Shown here piece by piece: positions 19,606 to 29,007 of a stretch of 64,000 bases of DNA. The position numbers and the translations under genes were made by a program. How positions within the stretch are numbered: position 1 is the first letter of the stretch; the number at the start of each line of letters is the position of its first letter. The notes beneath the pieces were generated by a model, which worked only from the letters and a program-made list of their open reading frames with translations, made no database searches and was not told the DNA's origin. The DNA comes from an uncultured Verrucomicrobiae bacterium (GTDB taxonomy: Bacteria; Verrucomicrobiota; Verrucomicrobiia; Chthoniobacterales; JAFAMB01), in NCBI GenBank assembly GCA_963837955.1, contig CAWIPH010000002.1, positions 2,112,001 through 2,176,000 of the forward strand, in the 5' to 3' direction.

Positions 19606-20232
19606 CTAAGTCCCATGGGACCCATAGGCCTTATGGGACTTAGGCGTCTTATGCCTCCTAGGTCTCTTATCGCTTTCTTCGCTCCTTTGTTGGAGCCGGG
19701 CGCGAGTCATACGTTCGCGGAGGCCGCCTTCTTCGATAAAATCCCGCTCCAGGCGGCGGATCTGCCGGTCTAACAGGAAGTTCGCTTGGTGAATTAAACA
19801 GATTGCAATATTCGCGACCACCTCAGCCGGCCGGGTTTCGCAAAACTCACGATAATCCTCATAAGCTAGGTCGGCCTTGTTTCCCAAGCGCCTTACAAAT
19901 CGGGCTTGGCGACTCTCTTTTTCCCAGATACCAAGATCACGCACGCGGAGAAAATCGCGGTAGTCTGCCAACAATTCTTCAAGGCTGGCGCGAGCAACGC
20001 CCACCAGCTTAATTTCCATCTCCTTGGAGGTTCCAGACGCTTTGCTGCCTTCCAGGATGTTCTGTTTCCCGGAACGGGCTGCTTGGATCATCTGATCGTT
20101 GGTGCGATCCAGCGTGGCAAGAAACCGCCGGCAGAACCGATAGGTAACATCATAAACAACCTCCGCCTTTCGATAAGAAAGCAGTTCCCGGTAATTGCCA
20201 TGCGCTGGAATGAAGCCAGGACTGTCCTTCAT
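19606..20232 (-). CDS. Four-helix-bundle protein with suffix domain (IVS/Avd-like fold family)
   Basis: GNYRELLSYRKA, RTNDQMIQAARSGKQNILEGS, VARASLEELLADYRDFLR, FIEEGGLRERMTRARL. Confidence 0.88.
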   Translation of the reverse strand: MKDSPGFIPAHGNYRELLSYRKAEVVYDVTYRFCRRFLATLDRTNDQMIQAARSGKQNILEGSKASGTSKEMEIKLVGVARASLEELLADYRDFLRVRDLGIWEKESRQARFVRRLGNKADLAYEDYREFCETRPAEVVANIAICLIHQANFLLDRQIRRLERDFIEEGGLRERMTRARLQQRSEESDKRPRRHKTPKSHKAYGSHGT

Positions 20233-20390
20233 CGGTATAGGTCACATGCGACTCACGAGTCCTATTCGACCGCTTTTCTATACGAGGTCGCTAGGATCAT
20301 AACGTTTTCTCAAACAGTGTTGCAGAACTAGATGGGGTAGTCAAATATATAGTTACATTCTTCTATCATGTTTTGATCTAACGGAAGCCC

Positions 20391-20557
20391 GCGTGCTCCT
20401 CGATCGAAGGGTTGGACCAACTGCCTCGTCCTTCTGGAGGGATTTCTAGAGTGTTGCCACTAGCCGGCCACTGATTGAGCTTCTCGCTCGCGACTGGGCG
20501 CAAGGCTACGTCGCGGCCCTGCACGGGACCAGGTACATTCCCACGACGAGGGCACGC
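20391..20557 (-). ncRNA. Candidate multibranch structured RNA (unclassified)
   Basis: Ends pair over about 18 bp with bulges; several internal hairpins including GUG-GCAA-CAC; TATAGC lies 5 nt upstream on the minus strand. Confidence 0.35.
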
Positions 20558-20599
20558 TGCACGCTATACGAAGGCTGGAGCGATACGCCTTTACCAATC

Positions 20600-20715
20600 C
20601 CCTTACTCCATCCCCATCGCCCATTACTCCATTGCTCCATCACTCCATCGTTCCTCTGCTCCATCGCTCCTCTGCCCCATCACTCCATCACACCTCCACT
20701 CTCATTCCTCCATCC
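20600..20715. repeat. Degenerate octamer tandem repeat (CACTCCAT/TGCTCCAT-like)
   Basis: Repeated CTCCAT/CCCCAT units downstream of the SDR; short complementary units (GGAGCA..) occur near 22805-22840. Confidence 0.6.
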
Positions 20716-20719
20716 GCGT

Positions 20720-21472
20720 TCACCCGCGGCCGATGAACGGCATCTTTGTTGCCATCACGGTCATGAACTGTACGTTCGCCTCCAATGGCAGGTTCGCCAT
20801 ATTGAGAACCGCGTCAGCGACGACCGATACATCAATCAAAGGCTCGCGCCGGATCGATCCATCCGCTTGCAAAACACCTTCCGCCATCTTTGCCGCCATC
20901 TCGGTAGCGGCATTTCCGATATCGATCTGACCGCAGGCGATGTTATAGTCGCGTCCATCAAGCGAAGTCGAACGCGTTAGACCGGTCAGCGCGTGCTTCG
21001 TTGCCGTATAAGGCGCTGAACTTGGCCGCGGGACATGCGCTGAGAGCGAACCATTATTGATGATCCGGCCACCGCGGGGCATTTGCCGCTTCATCAGACG
21101 AAACGCTTCCTGGGTACAAAGAAAGGGACCGGTCAGATTTGTTTGGACGACCCGCTGCCATTGCTCATAGGTAACATCCTCGAGTTGAGCGGAAGGGATT
21201 CCTGCTCCGGCATTGTTGAATAATAGATCCAAGCGATTAAACACCTCCTCGGTTCGCTGAAACAACACTCGAACCGAGGCCGGATCGGTAACATCAGTTG
21301 GGACGGCCAGCGCGTGCGACTTGCTCGCTTTGGCAATATCAATCGTCTCTTGCAGCGCCTCCAATCGCCTGCCCGCGAGAACAACCCGATAGCCGTTGCG
21401 CAGAAACGCGAGCACAACTGCGCGGCCGATACCACTGCCGGCGCCGGTCACCAAAGCAATTTTCTCAGACAT
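20720..21472 (-). CDS. Short-chain dehydrogenase/reductase
   Basis: [27 protein letters not shown]. Confidence 0.92.
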   Translation of the reverse strand: MSEKIALVTGAGSGIGRAVVLAFLRNGYRVVLAGRRLEALQETIDIAKASKSHALAVPTDVTDPASVRVLFQRTEEVFNRLDLLFNNAGAGIPSAQLEDVTYEQWQRVVQTNLTGPFLCTQEAFRLMKRQMPRGGRIINNGSLSAHVPRPSSAPYTATKHALTGLTRSTSLDGRDYNIACGQIDIGNAATEMAAKMAEGVLQADGSIRREPLIDVSVVADAVLNMANLPLEANVQFMTVMATKMPFIGRG

Positions 21473-21549
21473 ACGGGGCTACTCTCCTTTTGCGTTCCAT
21501 AGTTGCAATCGGTAAAGAGCAAAGCAGTCAGCTCCATCACTTCGCTACT

Positions 21550-21606
21550 CCGCACGAAAGACATCCTAGACCCATAAGTCCCATAGGTCCCATGAGTCCC
21601 ATCCCG
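21550..21606. repeat. Right arm of the 56-bp inverted repeat
   Basis: Reverse complement of 19502-19557. Confidence 0.9.
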
Positions 21607-21694
21607 CAGCGGCTTCGTGCCTTCGCAAACCCTGTCCTCCATCGCCGCGATCAACTGTGGCGACTGGGCACAGTCGCCGCTACCGTTCCCCTCA

Positions 21695-22795
21695 ATGAAT
21701 TATTGGACACGCTTTCGCATCATTTCGCTGATCGGCGTTCTTGCGACGAACGGAGCCTCAGGTCAAGCGACGAGACAAGCCAGTGCTACTGATGTCGCGC
21801 GCTATTTGGCCGGAATGCCAGTCTCCCAGGGTTCAGCGCTCGTGCCGCTAACTCATGATCCTAAATGGATCGCGCACTCGAGTGCGATGAATGCCTCTTT
21901 CACTGCGTTGGAGCAGCGGCAAATAAGCAACATCCGAATCTGGCGTGCAGAAGTGTTAGCGCCAGTTACCCAACCGACTCGGCCGTGTCTCTATCTTTTC
22001 GGCGGACCTGACTTTTTGTATGCGAACGCTTTCTTTCCGGACGCGGCGACCTATGTCCTGCAAGGATTGGAACCGGTCGAAGGCATTCCGGACTTGCTCA
22101 CTCTCCCGATTCAATCTCTGGAGAGCACCCTGCAAAACATGGAAATATCTCTCAATACGGCTTTGAACTTCAGTTACTTCGAAACGAAAGATATGCGGGC
22201 CGATTTTTCCAGGTCTCAGCTCAAAGGAGTTCTGCCGATCATTTTCGTGTTCATTGCTCGAACCGGGATGGACATCACCAGAATGGATTATATCTCCCTT
22301 GAGCCGAATGGAAGAGTGGTAGAAGGCCTTCGCGGAGGCGTACGGGGCGCTCGGATTGACCTCGTTGACCCAGGAACGCACGCCCAGAAGGTCCTGTATT
22401 ATTTCAGCTCGGACCTTTCTGATGATTTTCTAAGGGGCAACCCCGCCGTGGTGCGCTTTTGCGAGCATCTAGGTCCAACTAATTCGTTTTTGAAAGCTGC
22501 TTCCTACCTGATGTATCAAAACAGTTTTGGAACCGTCCGAAATCTACTGCTTCAGGTCAGTGCTGCGCTGTTGCAAGACGACTCGGGCATCCCCGTTCAG
22601 TACCTAACATCAGATAGATGGACTTTGCGGGTCTTCGGGTCATATAGGGGGCCGATAGATCTTTTCAAAAATTACTATCAGCCTGAGCTTCAGCAATACT
22701 ACGCGACCAGCAACCCTAAGCCGCTGACCTTTGGTTTCGGATATCAGATCAATCATCGTGACTCGAATCTGATCCTCGCAGTCCGAAAACGTTGA
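21695..22795 (+). CDS. Conserved hypothetical exported protein
   Basis: Signal-like N-terminus, long open frame, motifs LYLFGGPDFLYANAFFP and KAASYLM...LLQDDSGIP. Confidence 0.7.
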   Translation: MNYWTRFRIISLIGVLATNGASGQATRQASATDVARYLAGMPVSQGSALVPLTHDPKWIAHSSAMNASFTALEQRQISNIRIWRAEVLAPVTQPTRPCLYLFGGPDFLYANAFFPDAATYVLQGLEPVEGIPDLLTLPIQSLESTLQNMEISLNTALNFSYFETKDMRADFSRSQLKGVLPIIFVFIARTGMDITRMDYISLEPNGRVVEGLRGGVRGARIDLVDPGTHAQKVLYYFSSDLSDDFLRGNPAVVRFCEHLGPTNSFLKAASYLMYQNSFGTVRNLLLQVSAALLQDDSGIPVQYLTSDRWTLRVFGSYRGPIDLFKNYYQPELQQYYATSNPKPLTFGFGYQINHRDSNLILAVRKR

Positions 22796-22866
22796 ATCCG
22801 GTTGGAGAAATGGGGTAGTGGAGCAGCGGAGCAATGCAGCGAATGTGCCATTGTCTCCTCTTCATG

Positions 22867-24390
22867 TTATTTTCTTTCGAGCGCGTACAATCGATGATGT
22901 GCGGTTCGAAGTTGCCCGTAAAGATCTCGGTAAACTTCCTGGTAGCGCTCCTGCAACCGCTTAGAGCGCTCCGGATCCGGTTCTACGGTGATCTCTTCTC
23001 GGCGCGCAACGTGCAGTGCAGCCGAAGGATCAGAGAATATTCCACAGCCAATCCCCGCTAAAAGAGCGACCCCTAAGCTGACCGTCTCCCGAACCGGATT
23101 GATCTTGATCGGGAAACCGTGGACGTCCGCCTTAATCTGGGTCAGTAGGCGGTTCTCGAATGAACTTCCGATGGTGAGAATCTTTTGAAATGGGGGTAGA
23201 CCGGCGACGTTAACCATTGCGTCGGCTATCGCTCGCGCCTCGAAAGCCAGCCCTTCCAAAATAGCCTTGAACATGGCTCCACGGGTGGTGGTCGATCTGA
23301 TCCCGACAAACGCTCCCGAAGCCTGAGCGTCCGGATACGGTGTCAGGCTACGTAGCAGGTGCGGCAGGAATATGGGCACCGAGTCATCGACTAATGTCGC
23401 TTCATCCACTAGCCCCGGGATGCCTGCCTTGCCCCCCAGTTCGCGGCGAAACCACTCAACCGCAGCTCCTGCCGTCTGAAGTCCACCGGTTAGATAGTAA
23501 ATTGGTTCCTCGATCCAGATAGCCCCTTGCGCAAGGCCATGCGCAGCAATCCGTTGGTCGGAAAGCGGCTTTTGAAAAACCGAGTTCAGCGATTCGGAAG
23601 TCCCTATACTGTCCAACAATACCCCGGCGTCTAGTCCCCCGGCGGCAAATGCTCCGCTGATGTGATCGTGAAGGCCGACGCTCACGACCGTGGTTTTCGG
23701 CAGGTTCGTCGCGCTCGCGCTGGACGACGTGATGCGGCCAAGCGGCGTTCCGCTTTTACACACTGGAGGAAAGCAGGAAAGCTCAACACCAGCAGCTTCT
23801 ATGATTTCGCTGGCCCAGGCCCGCCGATGCACATCGTAGGCGAGGGTGCGGCAGGCTAGGCTGGGATCAGTCGCGGGTACACCACAAAGGCGGAACGCCA
23901 TATAATCCGCCAGATGGAGCCACTGACGCGTCTTCTCAAAAGCTGCCGGGTTATGGTTTTTGACCCAGAGTATCTTGCAAAGCCCGAACATCGCGTCGGG
24001 GTTAAGGCCCGAAATCTTGAACAGAGTTTCGTACCCGACCCGGTCGCAAATCCATTCGAATTCCGCCGCGGTCCGAAGATCAAACCAGGCGATGGCAGGT
24101 GCTAGCGGTTGACCTTGCGAATCGATCGGCACAAGCGATTCTGCGAGGCTCGAGCAAGCAATTCCCTTGATCGCTTCGGGGTGCTCCAGCTGTGACACCA
24201 CAGCCCGAATGGCTTGACAGGCTGCATCCCAAAGGGGGGCGGGTTCAAAATCCGTCCAATCCGGCCGTGGATGAGACCGCGGGGTCGGTTCGGACCCCTG
24301 AGCGACAATCTTTCCGGCCGAATCCAGAGCGAGGCACTTGATATTGGTGGTTCCTACATCGAGTCCGAGAACCAGGTCTTGTTGGGGCAT
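22867..24390 (-). CDS. FGGY-family carbohydrate kinase (xylulokinase-like)
   Basis: LGLDVGTTNIKC, AIAWFDLRT, KILWVK, GLHDH, AILEGLAF. Confidence 0.9.
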   Translation of the reverse strand: MPQQDLVLGLDVGTTNIKCLALDSAGKIVAQGSEPTPRSHPRPDWTDFEPAPLWDAACQAIRAVVSQLEHPEAIKGIACSSLAESLVPIDSQGQPLAPAIAWFDLRTAAEFEWICDRVGYETLFKISGLNPDAMFGLCKILWVKNHNPAAFEKTRQWLHLADYMAFRLCGVPATDPSLACRTLAYDVHRRAWASEIIEAAGVELSCFPPVCKSGTPLGRITSSSASATNLPKTTVVSVGLHDHISGAFAAGGLDAGVLLDSIGTSESLNSVFQKPLSDQRIAAHGLAQGAIWIEEPIYYLTGGLQTAGAAVEWFRRELGGKAGIPGLVDEATLVDDSVPIFLPHLLRSLTPYPDAQASGAFVGIRSTTTRGAMFKAILEGLAFEARAIADAMVNVAGLPPFQKILTIGSSFENRLLTQIKADVHGFPIKINPVRETVSLGVALLAGIGCGIFSDPSAALHVARREEITVEPDPERSKRLQERYQEVYRDLYGQLRTAHHRLYALERK

Positions 24391-24477
24391 AGGCGTTGGG
24401 GAGAGCAAAGTGAATGGCTTTGGGTTTGCCCGAGTCGTCGGGCTCGCTTGAGGTGCATTTCTCGTGGCCGCTCAGCA

Positions 24478-25263
24478 TTAGGTGGGCGCCACAATAACCT
24501 CGACGTTGGCTTGGCCAAGGGCTTGGCTGAGGTCCGCCGGTGGCGAGATATCTGTTACTAAGATGTCGATCGTACTCAACGGAGCGATTTGAGCGAAGGC
24601 GTTGTGGCCGAATTTCGAAGTGTCCGCAACGACGATAGTCCGGCGGGCCGAAGCGATCATCCGTGCGAACATCGAAGCTTCCTCCAGCAAAGTCGTGGAA
24701 AGCCCTTCGGTACTTGTCAGGCCGCTTACTCCTAGGACGGCCGTATCGACGCTGATGGTTCCCGAGTTAAAGCCCACCGAGCCGACTGTTGACCCCAAGT
24801 GCACGTTATACTGGCCGCCAAGCAGGTACACGTTCTGGATCGCCTCCACCGGCAAGACGGAGAGCATGGCCACGTTGTTGGTGACGAGCGTTAAATTGCG
24901 CCGTGGTCCGAGATTGGCGGCGAAGGCAAAGGTAGTTGAGCCTCCATTAACGATCAGCGTTTCCCCGTCAGCAATCAACCGGGCCGCGGCCCTCCCGATC
25001 CGGGTTTTGGCGTCCGCGTTGGCGTTGGCCCGGGTTAAAAACGGCGTCTCCCGATGAACTAACAAGGCGGTGGATACGACGCCGCCATGCGTGCGCAGAA
25101 GCAGCTTCCGTCGCTCAAGGTTCTGGAGATCGCGGCGGATAGTATCATCGGAAACGCCGAAATGGCTGGCCAGATCGTCCACGCTCATCTGGCCTTTGGC
25201 CTCCACCAGTTGAAGCAACTCTTGGTGGCGGCGAGCAAGCGTAACGATCTGATCTTTGCTCAT
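24478..25263 (-). CDS. DeoR/GlpR-family transcriptional regulator
   Basis: DLASHFGVSDDTIRRDL, RTHGG, NGGSTT, VADTSKFG. Confidence 0.92.
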   Translation of the reverse strand: MSKDQIVTLARRHQELLQLVEAKGQMSVDDLASHFGVSDDTIRRDLQNLERRKLLLRTHGGVVSTALLVHRETPFLTRANANADAKTRIGRAAARLIADGETLIVNGGSTTFAFAANLGPRRNLTLVTNNVAMLSVLPVEAIQNVYLLGGQYNVHLGSTVGSVGFNSGTISVDTAVLGVSGLTSTEGLSTTLLEEASMFARMIASARRTIVVADTSKFGHNAFAQIAPLSTIDILVTDISPPADLSQALGQANVEVIVAPT

Positions 25264-25474
25264 GGGTGTTGGCCCAACGGGGCGGGGGTAATCCATCTTA
25301 AGCCTCAGGTGCCTCATTGGAAAGATGGGTCCGATCGTATGCAATAATTACGAACATATATGCGTTAAATACGCAGCAAAAGATATATTTCTTGCATGTA
25401 TCACGCAGAGCGGCGTATAGCTATCTCAATTCTTCCTCGCTTAAGAGGTTTAAACCGGAAGTCTGAATTGCTCT

Positions 25475-26380
25475 ATGTACGTCACTAAGCCCCGTCTGTT
25501 CTTCGATTACGCGCTTCGCAACCGCTTCGCTTTCCCCTCCTTTAACGTGTGCAACCTGGAAATCGCTCGCGGGGTGATCTCTGCCGCTGAGGCGGAAAAC
25601 GCCCCAGTGATGCTGCAGACCTATTTTGGGGATCTCTACTATGGCGGCTTCAACGTTCTGCCCCAGCTGCTGCGGATCTTGGCCGAGCAGGCGAGCGTTC
25701 CAGTGCTGGTCCATCAAGATCATCCTGACAGCGATCAAATGATTCTTCGGACCCTCCGGCGCGGCTACTACTCAGTGATGTATGACGGGGGCCATTTGCC
25801 CTTGGACGAAAACATTAAGGGAGCCTCCTACATTACCGAAATCGCGCACGCGATGGGAGCTGCGGTCGAGGCGGAACTTGGCCAGTTCGGCGGTGAACAT
25901 CAGGGAGGCCGCATCGAGAAAGCCTCGTCGACAGAAGCCAAACGAATGGTCGAGGAAAGTGGCATCGATACCTTGGCCGTCTCGGTCGGGTCCATCCATG
26001 GCGAAAGCAGTCGACTAGATCTTCCGCTGCTGGAAGAAATTGCCGCCGTCACGCCCGCGCCCTTGGTCTTACACGGGGGCAGCGGAATTGATCCAGGCGA
26101 TCTGCGAGAAGCCATCCAGATGAACGTCGTGAAAGTCAACATTGGCGCGGACGTTATCAGGGCTTGGATGAGGGGGCTAAAGGAAGGCGCCTTGCTTGAT
26201 AGTGGCGACGACCCTCCTCATCAGGTCATGATGCAACACGCTGCCACGCAAGTCAGCGAAGTGGCCCAAACAAAGTTATCCCTGATGGGCGCATCCGGTC
26301 ATGCGAAGCCGTTGCTTCAGTGTTTGGAAGAAGAGAGCGCGGATCTGCCGGCGATTACGGCTGCGCCTCTGTCCGTTTGA
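25475..26380 (+). CDS. Class II fructose/tagatose-bisphosphate aldolase family protein
   Basis: FPSFNVCNLE, VHQDH, SVMYDG, VEAELG, LAVSVGSIHG, LVLHGGSG, KVNIG. Confidence 0.9.
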   Translation: MYVTKPRLFFDYALRNRFAFPSFNVCNLEIARGVISAAEAENAPVMLQTYFGDLYYGGFNVLPQLLRILAEQASVPVLVHQDHPDSDQMILRTLRRGYYSVMYDGGHLPLDENIKGASYITEIAHAMGAAVEAELGQFGGEHQGGRIEKASSTEAKRMVEESGIDTLAVSVGSIHGESSRLDLPLLEEIAAVTPAPLVLHGGSGIDPGDLREAIQMNVVKVNIGADVIRAWMRGLKEGALLDSGDDPPHQVMMQHAATQVSEVAQTKLSLMGASGHAKPLLQCLEEESADLPAITAAPLSV

Positions 26381-26405
26381 CACGGAAACATTTCAATCCC
26401 AGCCG

Positions 26406-27164
26406 ATGAGTTACCGTTCTGAGGTCCCCCCGGAAGACCGAGTGGCCATTGTTACTGGCGGCTCCGGTGGCATCGGTTTTGAAACCTCCAAAGCGCTACT
26501 GGAAAACGGCGCGACCGTCGTGATTTCCGACATTAACGCGGACCGAGGAGAGCAGATTGCGCAAGAGCTCGGTATCGAGTTTTTCCCAGCTGACCTGACG
26601 CATTCGTCCCAAGTATCGAATCTTGCCCGGCACGTGAAAGATAAGTACGGCCGGATCGACATTGCTTTCAACAATGCAGGCATTGCCCATAGCGTTCCCG
26701 CGGAAGAATGCACGGACGAACAATGGCTCCAAGTCATCAACATCAATTTAAACGCGCTATTTTATTGTTGCCGTGAATTTGGCCGGGTGATGCTTCCCCA
26801 GGGAAAGGGCAGTATCATCAACACCGCCTCGATGTCGGGGATTATTTCAAATAATCCGCAACCCCAGTGCGCATACAATGCGGCGAAGGCCGCCGTCATA
26901 ATGTTGACCAAGTCACTGGCAGGCGAATGGGCGAAGCGAGGTGTGCGCGTAAACAGCATCTCCCCAGGTTACATCAACACACCGATGACGCCGAAGGGCC
27001 AGATCAGAAGCGATTGGTTTGAACTCTGGATGACGTTCTCGCCCATGCGTCGAATTGGAGAGCCCCAGGAAATAGCTCCAGCCGTCGTCTTTCTCGCTTC
27101 TGAAGCCAGCAGCTTTTTTACAGGAAGTAACCTAGTGATCGATGGGGGCTACACGTGCTGGTAG
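26406..27164 (+). CDS. Short-chain dehydrogenase/reductase (polyol dehydrogenase-like)
   Basis: TGGSGGIG, NNAG, TASMSG, PQPQCAYNAAKAA, VNSISPGY. Confidence 0.9.
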   Translation: MSYRSEVPPEDRVAIVTGGSGGIGFETSKALLENGATVVISDINADRGEQIAQELGIEFFPADLTHSSQVSNLARHVKDKYGRIDIAFNNAGIAHSVPAEECTDEQWLQVININLNALFYCCREFGRVMLPQGKGSIINTASMSGIISNNPQPQCAYNAAKAAVIMLTKSLAGEWAKRGVRVNSISPGYINTPMTPKGQIRSDWFELWMTFSPMRRIGEPQEIAPAVVFLASEASSFFTGSNLVIDGGYTCW

Positions 27165-27374
27165 CAACGGCTAACCTCCGGCGGCCACGCCGCGTAATCT
27201 CGGGTTTCCCACCTCTTCCCTTCAAGATCGGGAGCCACTTCGGACCTGGAATCTGCGAGTCGCTAAGAAACAATCTTAACAGCGACTACACCATCCACTT
27301 CGCCAAAACAAAACAGAACAGAAATACGACAAAAACCAACATCTACACCTAACCATCAACAAACGTTCCCCCCC

Positions 27375-28688
27375 ATGAAACTACGTCACCTACCTCTTGT
27401 CCTCTCTTTCCTCCTCGGCATGGCAGCCGTTCGAGCAGAGCAAACGACTGTCACCATCGCAGCGGTTAATAACCCTGATATGATTGAGCTAAAGAAGCTC
27501 TCGCAAAAGTTCGAAGAAAAGAACCCAGACATCAAACTCAATTGGGTCATCGTCGAAGAGAATGTCTTGCGTCAAAAGGTGACGACCGATGTCTCGACCG
27601 GGAGTGGTCAATTTGACCTTGTGTTCATTGGCTTGTACGAGGCCCCAATCTTTGGCAAACGGGGCTGGCTAACACCGATCGAGAATTTGCCTGCCGACTA
27701 TGATGTCGACGACGTTTTCAAGTCACTTCGAGACGGTCTCTCCTATGACGGCAAACTTTATGCACTGCCTTTTTATGGAGAAAGCATGATCCTTATTTAC
27801 CGGAAGGACTTGTTCGATGAAAAGGGGCTCAAAGTGCCCGATCAGCCGACCTATGAGGATGTCGCCAAATTCGCTGACGCGCTGAATGACAAATCCAAAG
27901 GCGTTTTCGGAGTAACGCTCCGCGGACAACCAGGTTGGGGCGAGAATATGGGGTACCTGACGACGATGATTAATACCTTCGGGGGAACCTGGTTCGACGA
28001 GAAATGGCATCCTACCGTCGATTCTCCGGAATGGAAGAAAGCCATCACCTTTTACGTCGATCTCGTGCGTAAAGACGGCCCGCCAGGCGCCACTGGGAAC
28101 GGGTTCAATGAAAATCTGACGATGTTCGCAAGTGGTAAGGCCGCGCAGTGGATTGATGCAACCGTGGCGGGTGGTATCCTGGAGAATCCCAAACAATCCC
28201 AAGTTGTTGGCAAAGTCGGGTATGCTCCTGCACCGATTGAGTTGACGCCCAACGGATCTCACTGGCTATGGTCATGGGCCTTTTCGATACCGAGCAAAGC
28301 GAAACAGCCCGAGGGCGCAAAGAAGTTTGCCGAGTGGGCGACTTCCAAGGATTACATCAAGCTCGTTGCCGAGGATCTCGGCTGGGCATCGGTGCCTCCT
28401 GGCACTAGGAAGTCCACCTACGATAATCCTGAATATCAGAAGGCGGCGCCTTTCGCCAAGGCTACTCTCAAGGCGATGGAAACCGCTGATCCCACAAATC
28501 CTTGTATCAAGAAGGTGCCTTACACGGGCATCAGTTTTGTCGGTATCCCGGAATACCAGTCAATCGGCACTGTAGTTGGCCAAAACATAGCAGGAGCCCT
28601 CTCCGGCAAAACTTCGATCGATCAAGCCTTGAAGAACAGTCAGATCTCTGTCGAACGAATGATGAAAGAGGGCGGCTATCTCAAGTAG
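27375..28688 (+). CDS. Sorbitol/mannitol-type ABC substrate-binding protein (SmoE/MtlE-like)
   Basis: TIAAVNNPDMI, EENVLRQKVTTD, LPFYGES, LRGQPGWGENM, WIDATVA. Confidence 0.87.
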   Translation: MKLRHLPLVLSFLLGMAAVRAEQTTVTIAAVNNPDMIELKKLSQKFEEKNPDIKLNWVIVEENVLRQKVTTDVSTGSGQFDLVFIGLYEAPIFGKRGWLTPIENLPADYDVDDVFKSLRDGLSYDGKLYALPFYGESMILIYRKDLFDEKGLKVPDQPTYEDVAKFADALNDKSKGVFGVTLRGQPGWGENMGYLTTMINTFGGTWFDEKWHPTVDSPEWKKAITFYVDLVRKDGPPGATGNGFNENLTMFASGKAAQWIDATVAGGILENPKQSQVVGKVGYAPAPIELTPNGSHWLWSWAFSIPSKAKQPEGAKKFAEWATSKDYIKLVAEDLGWASVPPGTRKSTYDNPEYQKAAPFAKATLKAMETADPTNPCIKKVPYTGISFVGIPEYQSIGTVVGQNIAGALSGKTSIDQALKNSQISVERMMKEGGYLK

Positions 28689-28743
28689 ATCAGCAGGGGT
28701 TAAAACCCCGGACGGGGAGGGCGCACGTCCCTTGTCTTAGGCG

Positions 28744-28938
28744 TCGATACATCCCTGACTGGTAGGGCGAAAACCTCGGCGCGGGAAACGTTTCGATTTT
28801 TTTTGCGCGGCCGCGCCGGGTTTGAGCCGCCCGTTATATTAATCTGTGTTTGCGTATTTTTCCTCGCGTTCCTCAGTCCGACAGGCACGAACGGCTCAAG
28901 CCGGTACGGCTGATACCGTACCAGGCTTTCGCCCTATC
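28744..28938. repeat. Repeat family D, about 195-bp structured element
   Basis: Near-identical to 53321-53516; outer IR TAGGGCGAAA / TTTCGCCCTA and inner IR CCGGGTTTGAGCCG / CGGCTCAAGCCGG. Confidence 0.85.
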
Positions 28939-29007
28939 GACCGGGCCAGAACGGACCGCGTCCCTACCGAAGACGTCGTCAGGCGCGCCTCTTGGACCGC
29001 TGTTTCG

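Noticed and set aside
19606..20557. Diversity-generating retroelement (Avd-like gene plus RNA)
   Set aside because: No reverse transcriptase and no TR/VR pair differing at adenines were seen in the window.
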